Source: a virus
IMG/VR virus record: IMGVR_UViG_3300038318_000271
Coordinates: 1-42,384 of that record
DNA length: 42,384 nucleotides
Strand: one strand, 5' to 3'
A model generated the notes under the pieces. The model ran no database searches, was not told the origin of the DNA, and worked only from the letters and a program-made list of their open reading frames with translations. The translations under genes and the position numbers were made by a program. The first letter of the stretch is position 1. Each line of letters begins with the position of its first letter. Shown one piece after another: positions 23,866-32,103 of the stretch.

Positions 23866-25332
23866 TCACACCGGGCTGATACTCACCTCGTCGCTATACG
23901 TGACGACCTCGCCCTCGTGCGACCCGAGCGCCTTGAGTAGCTCCACGAGCGAGGCGTGAGCGCCGGAGAGTGCGTCCACCTGGTCGTCGTGGGCGCCGTC
24001 CGGGAAATACTCTAGCTCCTGGAGGAACGTCCGGTTCCACTCGCCCCGGACCAGGATGACCTTGCCGTGCTCGGCGGCACTGGAGATAGGTTTGGCCCGC
24101 AGGATCTTGCTGCCGGTCGACGGCCGGCCGACGACCGCGAACCCAGGCAGGGCATCGACGAGGTTGTCGATGTGGTAGAGTGAGGCGCTGCCGGGCTCCT
24201 GCTCGACGACGATCGGGGTCAGTGGGCCATCCATCGCCGCCGTTGCCGCGACGGTCTCCATGACGGTGCCGGGACTCTCCTGGAGCCGGACGACGTCGAG
24301 GACGTGGAAGTACGGTGGCTTGTAGCCGAGCAGGAGCCCGACCGTCCAGTCCGGGTCGTTATTCCGGGTGCTGCGCCGGGACCCGGCGAAGTCCCAGTAC
24401 CGGACGGCAAGGTCGGGTTCCGGCGGGGCGTCGGCGATCTCGAACCATTCTCGCCGGAAATACATCCCGGCGACCGGGCGGATCTTCCAGTTGCCGTTGA
24501 GCAACCGCTCGCGCTCGACGCGGTCCAGCGCCATGAGTTTGCCGCGGTAGGCCGGGTCTTTGCTTGTCAGCGCGGGGTTGTCTTCCAACTTCGCCGGGAT
24601 GAACGTGACCGACATCGGGATGGAGTCCGGGTAGCGCTCACTGAGTTCCTCGGCGGTATCAGCCCAGATGAGGTCGTCGCCGAACTGCACGAACCACCGG
24701 AGGACGCCGGCCCGCTCAGGGACAGGGAACCCCGTGTCCTGGTCAATCCACCAGGCGATGAACTCCGCGACCCATGAGTCGGCGTCGGGGTTGGTCGTCG
24801 CCATGATCCGGGGCCTGACGCCGCAGGTGCTCCGGTTGCGGCTGAACATGTAGGAGAATTGCCGCCAGGTGAAGTGCGTGAGCTCGTCGAACCCGATCAG
24901 GCAGATCTGCGAGCCCTGCCAGTCGAGGCGGTTGCGCTCGTACTCCATATGGGCGAAGGAGACGGAGGCGCCGCCGGGGAACCGCCATTCGAGTTGCTGC
25001 TCCCGGGGTGTGGCCTCGAGCGCGGGATAGATCTCGGCACTGTCGTCCCAGAGACCTCCCTCGGCCCGGACCTGCACGGTGGTCCGGCGGAAGATGACCG
25101 CTCCGAACCCGGGGACGTGCGACCACTGGAGCGGGGCGAGGAGGAGGCCGAAGGATTTCCCGCCGCCGGCCGCCCCGCCATAAATGGTAATGTCTGCCTC
25201 GGACCGGAGGAAGGTCGCCTGTGGTCCAGGTTGCGGGCGGAGGCCGAGCCGGTCCCAGAGGTCCGGCGGCGTGAGTGTGGGGCAGAGGTGCCGGGCGATG
25301 GCATCGGCGAAGGGGTTACGGGGCGAGGGCAT
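23866..25332 (-). CDS. terL: Terminase large subunit
   Basis: Walker A motif YGGAAGGGKS, with a C-terminal nuclease region. Start refined to the ATG at 25332, preceded by GGAGG. The maximal ORF extends to 25380. Confidence 0.9.
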   Translation of the reverse strand: MPSPRNPFADAIARHLCPTLTPPDLWDRLGLRPQPGPQATFLRSEADITIYGGAAGGGKSFGLLLAPLQWSHVPGFGAVIFRRTTVQVRAEGGLWDDSAEIYPALEATPREQQLEWRFPGGASVSFAHMEYERNRLDWQGSQICLIGFDELTHFTWRQFSYMFSRNRSTCGVRPRIMATTNPDADSWVAEFIAWWIDQDTGFPVPERAGVLRWFVQFGDDLIWADTAEELSERYPDSIPMSVTFIPAKLEDNPALTSKDPAYRGKLMALDRVERERLLNGNWKIRPVAGMYFRREWFEIADAPPEPDLAVRYWDFAGSRRSTRNNDPDWTVGLLLGYKPPYFHVLDVVRLQESPGTVMETVAATAAMDGPLTPIVVEQEPGSASLYHIDNLVDALPGFAVVGRPSTGSKILRAKPISSAAEHGKVILVRGEWNRTFLQELEYFPDGAHDDQVDALSGAHASLVELLKALGSHEGEVVTYSDEVSISPV

Positions 25333-25870
25333 AGAGCCTCCGTGCGATTCTGTCCCGGTATTCGTCGGGGATCTCTTCATCGAGGACCACGAGGATCTGC
25401 CGGAACTCGGGCGACTGGAGGAGGTTCACGTTCACGTTCACTGTCGGCTTTCCGTCGCGCAGTTCCCCGGTGATCTTCGCGAGGAACTCCAGGGTCCGCC
25501 GGACCTCGCTGAGCGCGAGACAGGCTTCCCGGGTGCCTTCCTTCTCGGCGTTGTCGAGGATCGCGATCGCCCGGGTTTTGAGCGTGGTCACTTGCTGGAG
25601 GAGGGTCTCGGCTTCGGCAACGGTCTTTTCCTCTTGTTCTTCCACGATCTTTTTAAGCGAGGCGGCCCCCTTTATCTCTTTCTTTTGCGCCGCTTTTGCG
25701 ATATGCTCAGTGATATGACCGTTTCTCTTATGTCGTCCAGCAGCCTCACGTGACACGCCGTACTGCCTCGCGATGGCACGATATGACACACCGGCGACGA
25801 GGGCTGTGTCAATCTCGATCCTCTGCGGGTGGTTGCAGATCGTGCACTGGGCCCCGGGAGTCCTATCCAT
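25316..25870 (-). CDS. terS: Terminase small subunit-like DNA-binding protein (N-terminal CxxC plus HTH)
   Basis: CTICNHPQRIEIDTALVAGVSYRAIARQYGVSREA forms an HTH, followed by a coiled-coil region. Lies directly upstream of terL. Confidence 0.65.
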   Translation of the reverse strand: MDRTPGAQCTICNHPQRIEIDTALVAGVSYRAIARQYGVSREAAGRHKRNGHITEHIAKAAQKKEIKGAASLKKIVEEQEEKTVAEAETLLQQVTTLKTRAIAILDNAEKEGTREACLALSEVRRTLEFLAKITGELRDGKPTVNVNVNLLQSPEFRQILVVLDEEIPDEYRDRIARRLYALAP

Positions 25871-26033
25871 CGGCTTCCCCCTCCGGCTGAGGCTTGAGAT
25901 CGTCCCACCCTTCCTTCTCGGCGAGAGCGTCGAGCGCCTTCTCCGCGACTACGTCGAGGCTCTTGGCCCGGAGCCGATGTTTCATCATCCAGGCGCGGGT
26001 GTGCTGTTTTTTGGAGACAGGGATGCCCTTCAT
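25863..26033 (-). CDS. Small hypothetical protein (56 aa)
   Basis: The ATG at 26033 forms an ATGA overlap with the upstream stop. The rest of track ORF 25863..26240 is Arg/Pro-rich off-frame extension. Confidence 0.45.
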   Translation of the reverse strand: MKGIPVSKKQHTRAWMMKHRLRAKSLDVVAEKALDALAEKEGWDDLKPQPEGEADG

Positions 26034-26449
26034 GGCACGGCCTCCTCTGCCAGGGCATCGTAGACGGGGAGCATGTCCTCCGGCATCGGCCGGATCTCCT
26101 CGGCGACGTAGCGGTAGACGGGCATCCCGAGGCTCCGGGCGAGGCGATACTCCCGGAGAGCCCCGGGGGACTTGGTCCACGACCCGACCATGCAGATCGC
26201 GTCGGCCCGGCGGAGGAGTTCGAGGTCCCCCTGGATCCATGTCTCGTAGGGGATGCCGGCGGCGTGCTCGAACCCGGCGCAGTTTTTATGCGGGCAGTGC
26301 ACCGCCCACCCGTCCCGCCAGGCGATAAGGGCCGCCTCAGAGGCCTGCAGAATGTTTTTCGGGATGCCGTGCACCGGGTCGGGGTGGCTGAACGGGCCGG
26401 AGATGTAGAGGACCCTGGGGCCGGAGGGAGTCGGCGGAGTCACAGGCAC
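26030..26449 (-). CDS. DUF4406 / nucleoside 2-deoxyribosyltransferase-like protein (paralog 1)
   Basis: N-terminal VLYISGPFS motif and overall pattern match this family. Paralogous to 34093..34476. Confidence 0.6.
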   Translation of the reverse strand: MPVTPPTPSGPRVLYISGPFSHPDPVHGIPKNILQASEAALIAWRDGWAVHCPHKNCAGFEHAAGIPYETWIQGDLELLRRADAICMVGSWTKSPGALREYRLARSLGMPVYRYVAEEIRPMPEDMLPVYDALAEEAVP

Positions 26450-26724
26450 ACCCCCACGGCGCCGATGCTACAGAGGGTCAGAGCCAGCACCAGGAGCATC
26501 AGCGTGTCGTCCCGGTTTTTCATCAGCCAGAGTGGGGGGAGAGGCTTGGTTACTTGCCGGCGCGCCCACCTATCGTACGTCGTAGCGACTGAGAGGATCT
26601 TGTCGTATGCGACCTCGCAGAGGTCCCCAATCCTGTGGGCGATCACACCTCCAATAACCACGATGACTGCGAGAGCCCCTAGGAGATACAGGGGCAATCT
26701 CGCGATCCGTCTTCGGAGCCTCAT
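26440..26724 (-). CDS. Small membrane protein (two predicted TM helices)
   Basis: Start refined to the ATG at 26724 (ATGA overlap). Contains LPLYLLGALAVIVVIGGVIA and LMLLVLALTLCSIGAVGV. Confidence 0.5.
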   Translation of the reverse strand: MRLRRRIARLPLYLLGALAVIVVIGGVIAHRIGDLCEVAYDKILSVATTYDRWARRQVTKPLPPLWLMKNRDDTLMLLVLALTLCSIGAVGVCL

Positions 26725-27002
26725 GCCTGCCCCCCGTCGGTCGTGCTCCGTGCGTAACGGGGCGGGCCGTAGAGGTCGACGGTCGCCTTGATGTGCGTGG
26801 CGTTGCGGTCGAGGTTGCGCAGGAACGCGGGGAGGTCTTCCGGGCGCAGACAGATCGAGATCTCGACCTCGAACTCGGTGCCGTGCCGGTTGACGTGCGT
26901 CTGAGTGGAATTTGGCACGACCCCGCCGAGTGCCTGCATGGCGCCATCGAAGATCCACGAGGTCTTCTCGCGGGAGAGCCCGGGGATCGGAGTTGGGGTC
27001 AT
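26721..27002 (-). CDS. Hypothetical protein
   Basis: 93 aa, ATGA-coupled on both sides. Confidence 0.55.
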   Translation of the reverse strand: MTPTPIPGLSREKTSWIFDGAMQALGGVVPNSTQTHVNRHGTEFEVEISICLRPEDLPAFLRNLDRNATHIKATVDLYGPPRYARSTTDGGQA

Positions 27003-27526
27003 GGCCGCTCTCCGGTCAGCCCCTCGGCGAGGTTCTCCCAGCGACGATCGCCCGCCAGGAGGTGATCGCGGTAGTGCATCGCGAGGCTTGATAGGGAGAG
27101 GATCTGGAACTCATCCGGATACTTCGCTGCGGTGAGGATGCCGTCGCTTACCAACCCCCCCCATGCATTGAGTTCTGCCATCTGCCGCAGCAGCGCGAGG
27201 AGGTCCCCCCAGCGCATCACTGCCAGGGCGCCCTCTCGGTTGCGTTTGAACACCAAAAGCGGGATAAGTCCCACTTTTGAGGCGTTGCACTCGCACTGTT
27301 TCCACCACGCCGGGAGCGCGATCGCTTCCTGGTGCTTGCACTCGACCCCGAACGGGAACCGCTCGCGGGCGGCCGGGGAGAGGTAGAGGTCGCAGCCCCC
27401 CTGCCCCATCGCCGTGCTCAGGATGTCGCCGGGGTCGATGCCGAGGCAGTCGATCAGGTCCTGCCGGACCGCCTGCTGCAGCCGGCGGCCCTTGGCCTTG
27501 CGGGAGGCTGGGGTGGTAGCGACCAC
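26999..27526 (-). CDS. PD-(D/E)xK nuclease, Holliday-junction-resolvase-like
   Basis: Motif GGCDLY...FGVECKH gives the D...E-x-K signature. First gene after the iteron region. Confidence 0.6.
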   Translation of the reverse strand: MVATTPASRKAKGRRLQQAVRQDLIDCLGIDPGDILSTAMGQGGCDLYLSPAARERFPFGVECKHQEAIALPAWWKQCECNASKVGLIPLLVFKRNREGALAVMRWGDLLALLRQMAELNAWGGLVSDGILTAAKYPDEFQILSLSSLAMHYRDHLLAGDRRWENLAEGLTGERP

Positions 27527-27578
27527 TCAGAGACCCCCTGTAGAACTGGGGCAGGAAGGGAACGAAGGATCGTAACTT

Positions 27579-27926
27579 TTTCTATACGCGCGTATAGGAA
27601 AAATCATGATCTTAAATGCCATTCCTGCCCTGACATCATTTTGGGGCACGAAAGGCACGAAATTCCGGAAAGTATCTTGCAACCCTGTAGTTCCAGAACT
27701 CCCGCTACCTCGTGCCCTTCGTGCCCGGCCCCTGACTTGGGGCATGTAGGGCATGAAAAACCGGAAACTTTTTTGGAGTCCCGTAACTCTCGGAAACTCT
27801 CGAATCTTCGTGCCTTTCGTGCCCGGCCCCTGACTTGGGGCATGTAGGGCATGAAAAACCGGAAACTTTTTTGAGGTCGGGAGTTCCAGAACTCCCGCTA
27901 CCTCGTGCCTTTCGTGCCCTGACATC
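27579..27926. repeat. Iteron-rich putative replication origin
   Basis: 16-bp palindrome ctatacgcgcgtatag at 27582-27597. Four dyads of TTCGTGCC at 27645-27661 (inverted), 27710-27726, 27807-27824 and 27902-27919. A 58-bp direct repeat at 27718-27775 and 27816-27873. A 28-bp repeat at 27689-27716 and 27882-27909. A/T tracts are also present. Confidence 0.6.
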
Positions 27927-30185
27927 TCAGAGCATCCCCTGTGCTGACCCTGCTGCTGCATCCCTTCCTGCCTCCATTGTGTTCTTGATCCTGAGTCCTT
28001 CCCATACCCATGCCCCGCCCATCTTCCGCTCCCCGAACTGCTTCTCCCGAAGATACTTGATCAGCATCCGGTTCGAGACTGGGCGCTCGCTCTCGTCCTC
28101 GCACCACTTGGTATAGATTTTGTAGAGCACCGCCCGCTCGATCGTCCCTATCGGCTCCGCGACCATCTCGTCGGCGAGGAACCGCCCGATCACATCGTTC
28201 TCTGAGCGGAACCGCTGCGTCGCCGCAACCACCTTCGTCGGAGGGCAGAGCCGCCTGCCATTCTCATAGTACCGCCGAAGCCCGGCAAGACACCAGTTCA
28301 AAATCCCGGCCCCTTCCGCCTCTAGGTGTTCGAGGATGCGCGGGTCGCGCCGGGCCTCCGGGATCGTCACCACGAACGGCAACAGCCAGAGCCGCCGCCA
28401 GATACCCTCGTCCGTCCCCCGGATCCGGGGCTCGTGGTTCGTCGCGAGGAAGATCTTCGCGCCGGGCTTGAACTCGAACTCGTTTTCGTAGAGCCGCCGC
28501 ACCGTGACCACATCGTCGCCGGTGAGCTGTTTCACCACGCCTTCTGCGAGATACGCGCCGCTCTCCCCTTCTGACGCCGTAACCATCCGCGCCCCTTTTA
28601 GGCGGGCAAGGTCCGACCGCGGCCCCTCGTTCCGCCGCACCATCAGGCTCTCAGCGGCGATATTGACCGCGTAATCCTCCCATACGCGGGCCAGCGCCCC
28701 GATCGTCACACTCTTCCCATTCTTCCCGATGCCGTAGAGGATCGCCATGATCTGCTCAGGGTTCTCCTGTAGGAGGGCGTATCCACAGAGTTCCTGGAAT
28801 CCGCGAATATACTCTCCATCACCGGCGAACACCAGGTTCAGGTGCTCAAGCCAGGTTGGGCACTCGGCCGCCGGATCGTAGGTCACCCCACAGCATTTCG
28901 TGAGCAGGTCCTCCCGCCGCGCCTCCCGAAACTCCATGGTATCGAGATCCAGCGTGCCGTTCCGACAGTTCCAGAGGTTCTGGCGGGCGTCTAGCTGCTC
29001 AGGCGTCACCGCGACCGCCGGGCTCGCGCACTCGATCATGGCCCGCAGCCGGGGCAGCATCCCGGACGCAACCGCCCACTTCCCAACCTTCTCCCGCCGG
29101 TCGTCGCTGGCCGTTGCGGCCTCGATATAGATCGTGCGGCAGACGCGCTTCGCGACCGCCAGCATACGCCGCGTCTCGTCCCGCTCCCATCGGATGCCGG
29201 ACCAGACGTACCATGCCCGCTCCGCGTCACAGTAGCGGATCGAGTCCCGGTATTGCGCGACCAGCCGAGAACCGTTGCCGTCGTCGGTGCAGTCGAACTC
29301 CTGCGTCACCGGGGGCGGCGTCGGGTCGGGCAGGTCAACGCCGACGTTGATGACATACTGGATCGTCCGGGCATCGCGATACCCCCCCTCCCGCACAATC
29401 GCTGCCGCCGACCGCCGCCGCACTTCTGCGATCATATCGGGATGCAGGAGCATGGTCCGGAGGAGCGATCGGGCTTCGGCCTCGGAGAGGTCGTTCGGGT
29501 CCGGCACCGGGTCGGGGTAGATCTTCGCCCACTCTCGGATCGCGGTAACTACCCGACCCCCCGTCCACCCGTCGATGAGGTGCAGCGGGATCGCGGCCTC
29601 GGGAATGGCGGGGTCCATAGTAGGCGTGGATACCCGAGTTTCCGTGCCGCTCTGAGGACCCAGATCGTTCGCAGGCTCTGTCCCCCCTCCATCCGGCGAC
29701 CCATCCGGCGCCCTCGCACCGGAGCAATCGACAGTGCAACCCACGTCTCGCAGCGCCACGGGTTCCGGTGCCCCGGCAACCGTCGCCGCCGCCGGACAGT
29801 CAGAGGCCTCTGATCTGTCCCCTTCGCTCGATTTCTCCCAATTCGCATCGCATATCATCTCCCAAAATCGCCCTATCAGCGCCCCCGCGATCCACGCAGC
29901 CTTGCCTGCATCGAGCGCCGCCTGCACCTCCGCTGGCCACCGGCCGCCGAGCAGCACCTCCACCCCGTCCCGGGTGCGGCGGTTGCCGTTCGGCATCCAG
30001 TCCGTCTGGAGCGGGATATATGCCGCATCCTCGGCCGCGACCGTGATGCCAGTCCATCCCGCGACCCGGGCGAGGATCTCCTGCCGCTCGTGATGCGTCG
30101 CAGCCGGGAACGGTTTCCGCAGCACTTCGAGCGCGTCGTGAAACGCTGTTGACTCGTAGGGGATCTTTAGAACAATGGAACTCAC
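27927..30185 (-). CDS. D5/P4-type primase-helicase (SF3 helicase with D5_N-like domain)
   Basis: Walker A motif GIGKNGKS. Resembles the phage/plasmid primase P4-family C-terminal region (NLWNCRNGTLDL...TNHEPRIRGTDEGIWRR). Start proposed at the GTG at 30185 (GTGA overlap). The maximal ORF extends to 30302. Confidence 0.85.
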   Translation of the reverse strand: MSSIVLKIPYESTAFHDALEVLRKPFPAATHHERQEILARVAGWTGITVAAEDAAYIPLQTDWMPNGNRRTRDGVEVLLGGRWPAEVQAALDAGKAAWIAGALIGRFWEMICDANWEKSSEGDRSEASDCPAAATVAGAPEPVALRDVGCTVDCSGARAPDGSPDGGGTEPANDLGPQSGTETRVSTPTMDPAIPEAAIPLHLIDGWTGGRVVTAIREWAKIYPDPVPDPNDLSEAEARSLLRTMLLHPDMIAEVRRRSAAAIVREGGYRDARTIQYVINVGVDLPDPTPPPVTQEFDCTDDGNGSRLVAQYRDSIRYCDAERAWYVWSGIRWERDETRRMLAVAKRVCRTIYIEAATASDDRREKVGKWAVASGMLPRLRAMIECASPAVAVTPEQLDARQNLWNCRNGTLDLDTMEFREARREDLLTKCCGVTYDPAAECPTWLEHLNLVFAGDGEYIRGFQELCGYALLQENPEQIMAILYGIGKNGKSVTIGALARVWEDYAVNIAAESLMVRRNEGPRSDLARLKGARMVTASEGESGAYLAEGVVKQLTGDDVVTVRRLYENEFEFKPGAKIFLATNHEPRIRGTDEGIWRRLWLLPFVVTIPEARRDPRILEHLEAEGAGILNWCLAGLRRYYENGRRLCPPTKVVAATQRFRSENDVIGRFLADEMVAEPIGTIERAVLYKIYTKWCEDESERPVSNRMLIKYLREKQFGERKMGGAWVWEGLRIKNTMEAGRDAAAGSAQGML

Positions 30186-30376
30186 TGTGACGCCCCCTTG
30201 CGGGCGAAATATTCCTGCACGTGGTAGCACCGCTCCCGGAGTATCGCTACGTTGCTGCACTTGATCCCGGTCGGCGAGTGCTGCCGGCAGAACCAGTCCC
30301 ACTCGCCTTTTCGGTCATCGTAGGTCGGCCACCGGCAACCGAGACAGTAATCGGGGGGCATCAGGTCCCCGGTCAC
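30182..30376 (-). CDS. Small Cys-rich protein
   Basis: 64 aa, with CLGC...C...C cysteines. ATGA/GTGA-coupled. Confidence 0.55.
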   Translation of the reverse strand: MTGDLMPPDYCLGCRWPTYDDRKGEWDWFCRQHSPTGIKCSNVAILRERCYHVQEYFARKGASQ

Positions 30377-31107
30377 GTCCGTCGCCTCCCATTCTCACCG
30401 TGCTCGAACCGGGCAGACCTTGCGGACCCACAAGCGCGCTTTACAAGGGTCTGATATTTTTTAGACGCGCCCTCTTTGAAACAGACCGCTCCTTTGTAGG
30501 GGAATACTTCAAATCCGAAGTGGTTCTCCGGGGGGTGCCCCCCTCCAGAGGGGGTATTCCAGTCACATGGTTCGCACTCGCACGGCCCCCCTAGAGGACT
30601 AAGATCACCTTCTGGGAGAGTGAACTGCATGCATCTTGGGCAGGGGTAGTTCAACATCTCTATGACGAAATGATAGGGGTCTCCCGTAAGAACGCGCCCA
30701 GATACGGTCGGATATTCGACATAGCGTATTACGTTAGTAAATCCATGTGGGCACTTAACGCACGGCGGGGCGTCGGTCGGGGTCGATTCGTAATCTGCGG
30801 CCTCCTGGCAAGTATAACATGGGATCCCGCGCTTCCGCTCGTCCCCCTCCAACATGTCGATTAACGCGGCAAGTTTCCCGTCATCGGCCTCATGGGTTGG
30901 TTTCACCTCATAGAACCAGGTAGCCCCATCGAGGCTCTTGATCCGGAAGTCGGGGAGATACCCGCGCCCGTCCGGCAACGTGTATCCTTCGGACTCATAC
31001 TCCCATGGGAGCCCGATCTCATCGAAGAACACGGCCCACCTGGCCTCAAGACGGCTCCGGAAGCGGTATCCTTTGTAAACAGTCTCGATCGGTTTAATGT
31101 TGGTCAC
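30373..31107 (-). CDS. PD-(D/E)xK endonuclease (TnsA/Vsr-like N-terminal domain) fused to a Cys-rich zinc domain
   Basis: RFRSRLEARWAVFFDEIGLPWEYE...YLPDF...FYEVKP. The C-terminus has multiple CxxC pairs. Start proposed at the GTG at 31107, with AGGAGG 9 nt upstream. The maximal ORF extends to 31167. Confidence 0.65.
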   Translation of the reverse strand: MTNIKPIETVYKGYRFRSRLEARWAVFFDEIGLPWEYESEGYTLPDGRGYLPDFRIKSLDGATWFYEVKPTHEADDGKLAALIDMLEGDERKRGIPCYTCQEAADYESTPTDAPPCVKCPHGFTNVIRYVEYPTVSGRVLTGDPYHFVIEMLNYPCPRCMQFTLPEGDLSPLGGPCECEPCDWNTPSGGGHPPENHFGFEVFPYKGAVCFKEGASKKYQTLVKRACGSARSARFEHGENGRRRT

Positions 31108-31322
31108 TAATAATCGCCTCCTGAAATTGGCGCCATTTCCGGGCGCGTCGTCGTCATCTTCGGGCACGTCGCGGTCTGCCGGAACGTCGTCCCCGACACC
31201 CCACAGACCCGGATCGTCCGGTCGCGATACTGTCGAATCTCAACATCCTGGCACCCGAAACAGTCCCGCGCGGACGGCCGCACCCCGCCCCGGATCCGGG
31301 CGGGAACGTAGTCATCGCTCAC
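31107..31322 (-). CDS. Small CxxC protein, paralog A
   Basis: GTG start. The sequence SDDYVPARIRGGVRPSARDCFGCQDVEIRQYRDRTIRVCGVSGTTFRQT is near-identical to the product of 33236..33484. Confidence 0.55.
   Translation of the reverse strand: MSDDYVPARIRGGVRPSARDCFGCQDVEIRQYRDRTIRVCGVSGTTFRQTATCPKMTTTRPEMAPISGGDY
31174..31301. repeat. 128-bp near-identical dispersed repeat, copy A (partner 33336..33463)
   Basis: Hand alignment shows 2 mismatches in 128 bp. The flanks diverge. Confidence 0.85.
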
Positions 31323-31414
31323 GCGACCACCGCCATCGCCGCGAGCCAGAGCAGCCCGAGCGCCGTCACCACGACCCCGAGCAGGAACCCCGCGGTGAAC
31401 CAGAGGAACCTCAT
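31319..31414 (-). CDS. Possible 31-aa transmembrane peptide
   Basis: Hand-translated as MRFLWFTAGFLLGVVVTALGLLWLAAMAVVA. The ATG abuts the upstream stop and its TGA overlaps the next GTG. Confidence 0.3.
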   Translation of the reverse strand: MRFLWFTAGFLLGVVVTALGLLWLAAMAVVA

Positions 31415-31870
31415 TCAGACCGCCAGCCCGGTGTAGTATCCCTCTGATGAACATACCGGGTCCGATAGACCCTTGTTCATCCAGCACAGGAATTCTTCGA
31501 GGTTGAGGACTGCGAACACTTTTTCGCCATCCACTTGTGCCTTCAGCCAGGCCACTGCCCCGGGCTTGTGCCCCCCTCCCGCAATGACAATCACAGCAGG
31601 GCACGGGAACACCTGCCGGACGTTCTCGACCAGATAGGGGAACTTCTCGTCGGCGGAGCCCCCGCTCCCCTGCCACTTTGACTCGATGATGAGGCCGCCG
31701 GGAAACTCGGGGATATTGGAAACAAAGAAGTCGCAGTACAACTTGTGGCCGTAGATACTCTTGCCGAGATACGCCTGCCTCTCGAACGAGTATCCCCTCT
31801 CGCGAAGCATACATGCGATTACTCGCTCGGCCCGCTGGCCGGTCTGGTTTGCGCGGGTGCCGTCAGTCAT
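31415..31870 (-). CDS. PD-(D/E)xK nuclease superfamily protein
   Basis: CDFFV...LIIESKWQGSGGSADEKFPYL gives the D...E-x-K signature. Start refined to the ATG at 31870 (ATGA overlap). Confidence 0.6.
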   Translation of the reverse strand: MTDGTRANQTGQRAERVIACMLRERGYSFERQAYLGKSIYGHKLYCDFFVSNIPEFPGGLIIESKWQGSGGSADEKFPYLVENVRQVFPCPAVIVIAGGGHKPGAVAWLKAQVDGEKVFAVLNLEEFLCWMNKGLSDPVCSSEGYYTGLAV

Positions 31871-32103
31871 ACTAGAAATCCCCCGGAAAAACCCATGCCC
31901 TCGAACCACGGCGGCGCTGTTGCGTCAACAACACGAGACAGGATAACTATCCTGTGCCCCTCCTCTTTCAGCTGCGTGTATACTGACTGAGCCTCCTCTC
32001 CGGTTGCACACACATGGAATGCGAGAGTATAACACTCAAGTTCATCGCCGAGGGTTTCGTCATCCTCGGCGATCCACGAAACCACCCATGACAATTCAGT
32101 CAT
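31867..32103 (-). CDS. Hypothetical protein
   Basis: 78 aa, coupled on both sides. Confidence 0.55.
   Translation of the reverse strand: MTELSWVVSWIAEDDETLGDELECYTLAFHVCATGEEAQSVYTQLKEEGHRIVILSRVVDATAPPWFEGMGFSGGFLV

Noticed and set aside
27527-27961. ORFs 27527..27961, 27604..27852 (minus) and 27332..27847 (plus) in the iteron region
   Set aside because: Their repeated peptide segments just reflect the DNA direct repeats. The region is AT-rich and repeat-dense, which fits an origin rather than coding sequence.
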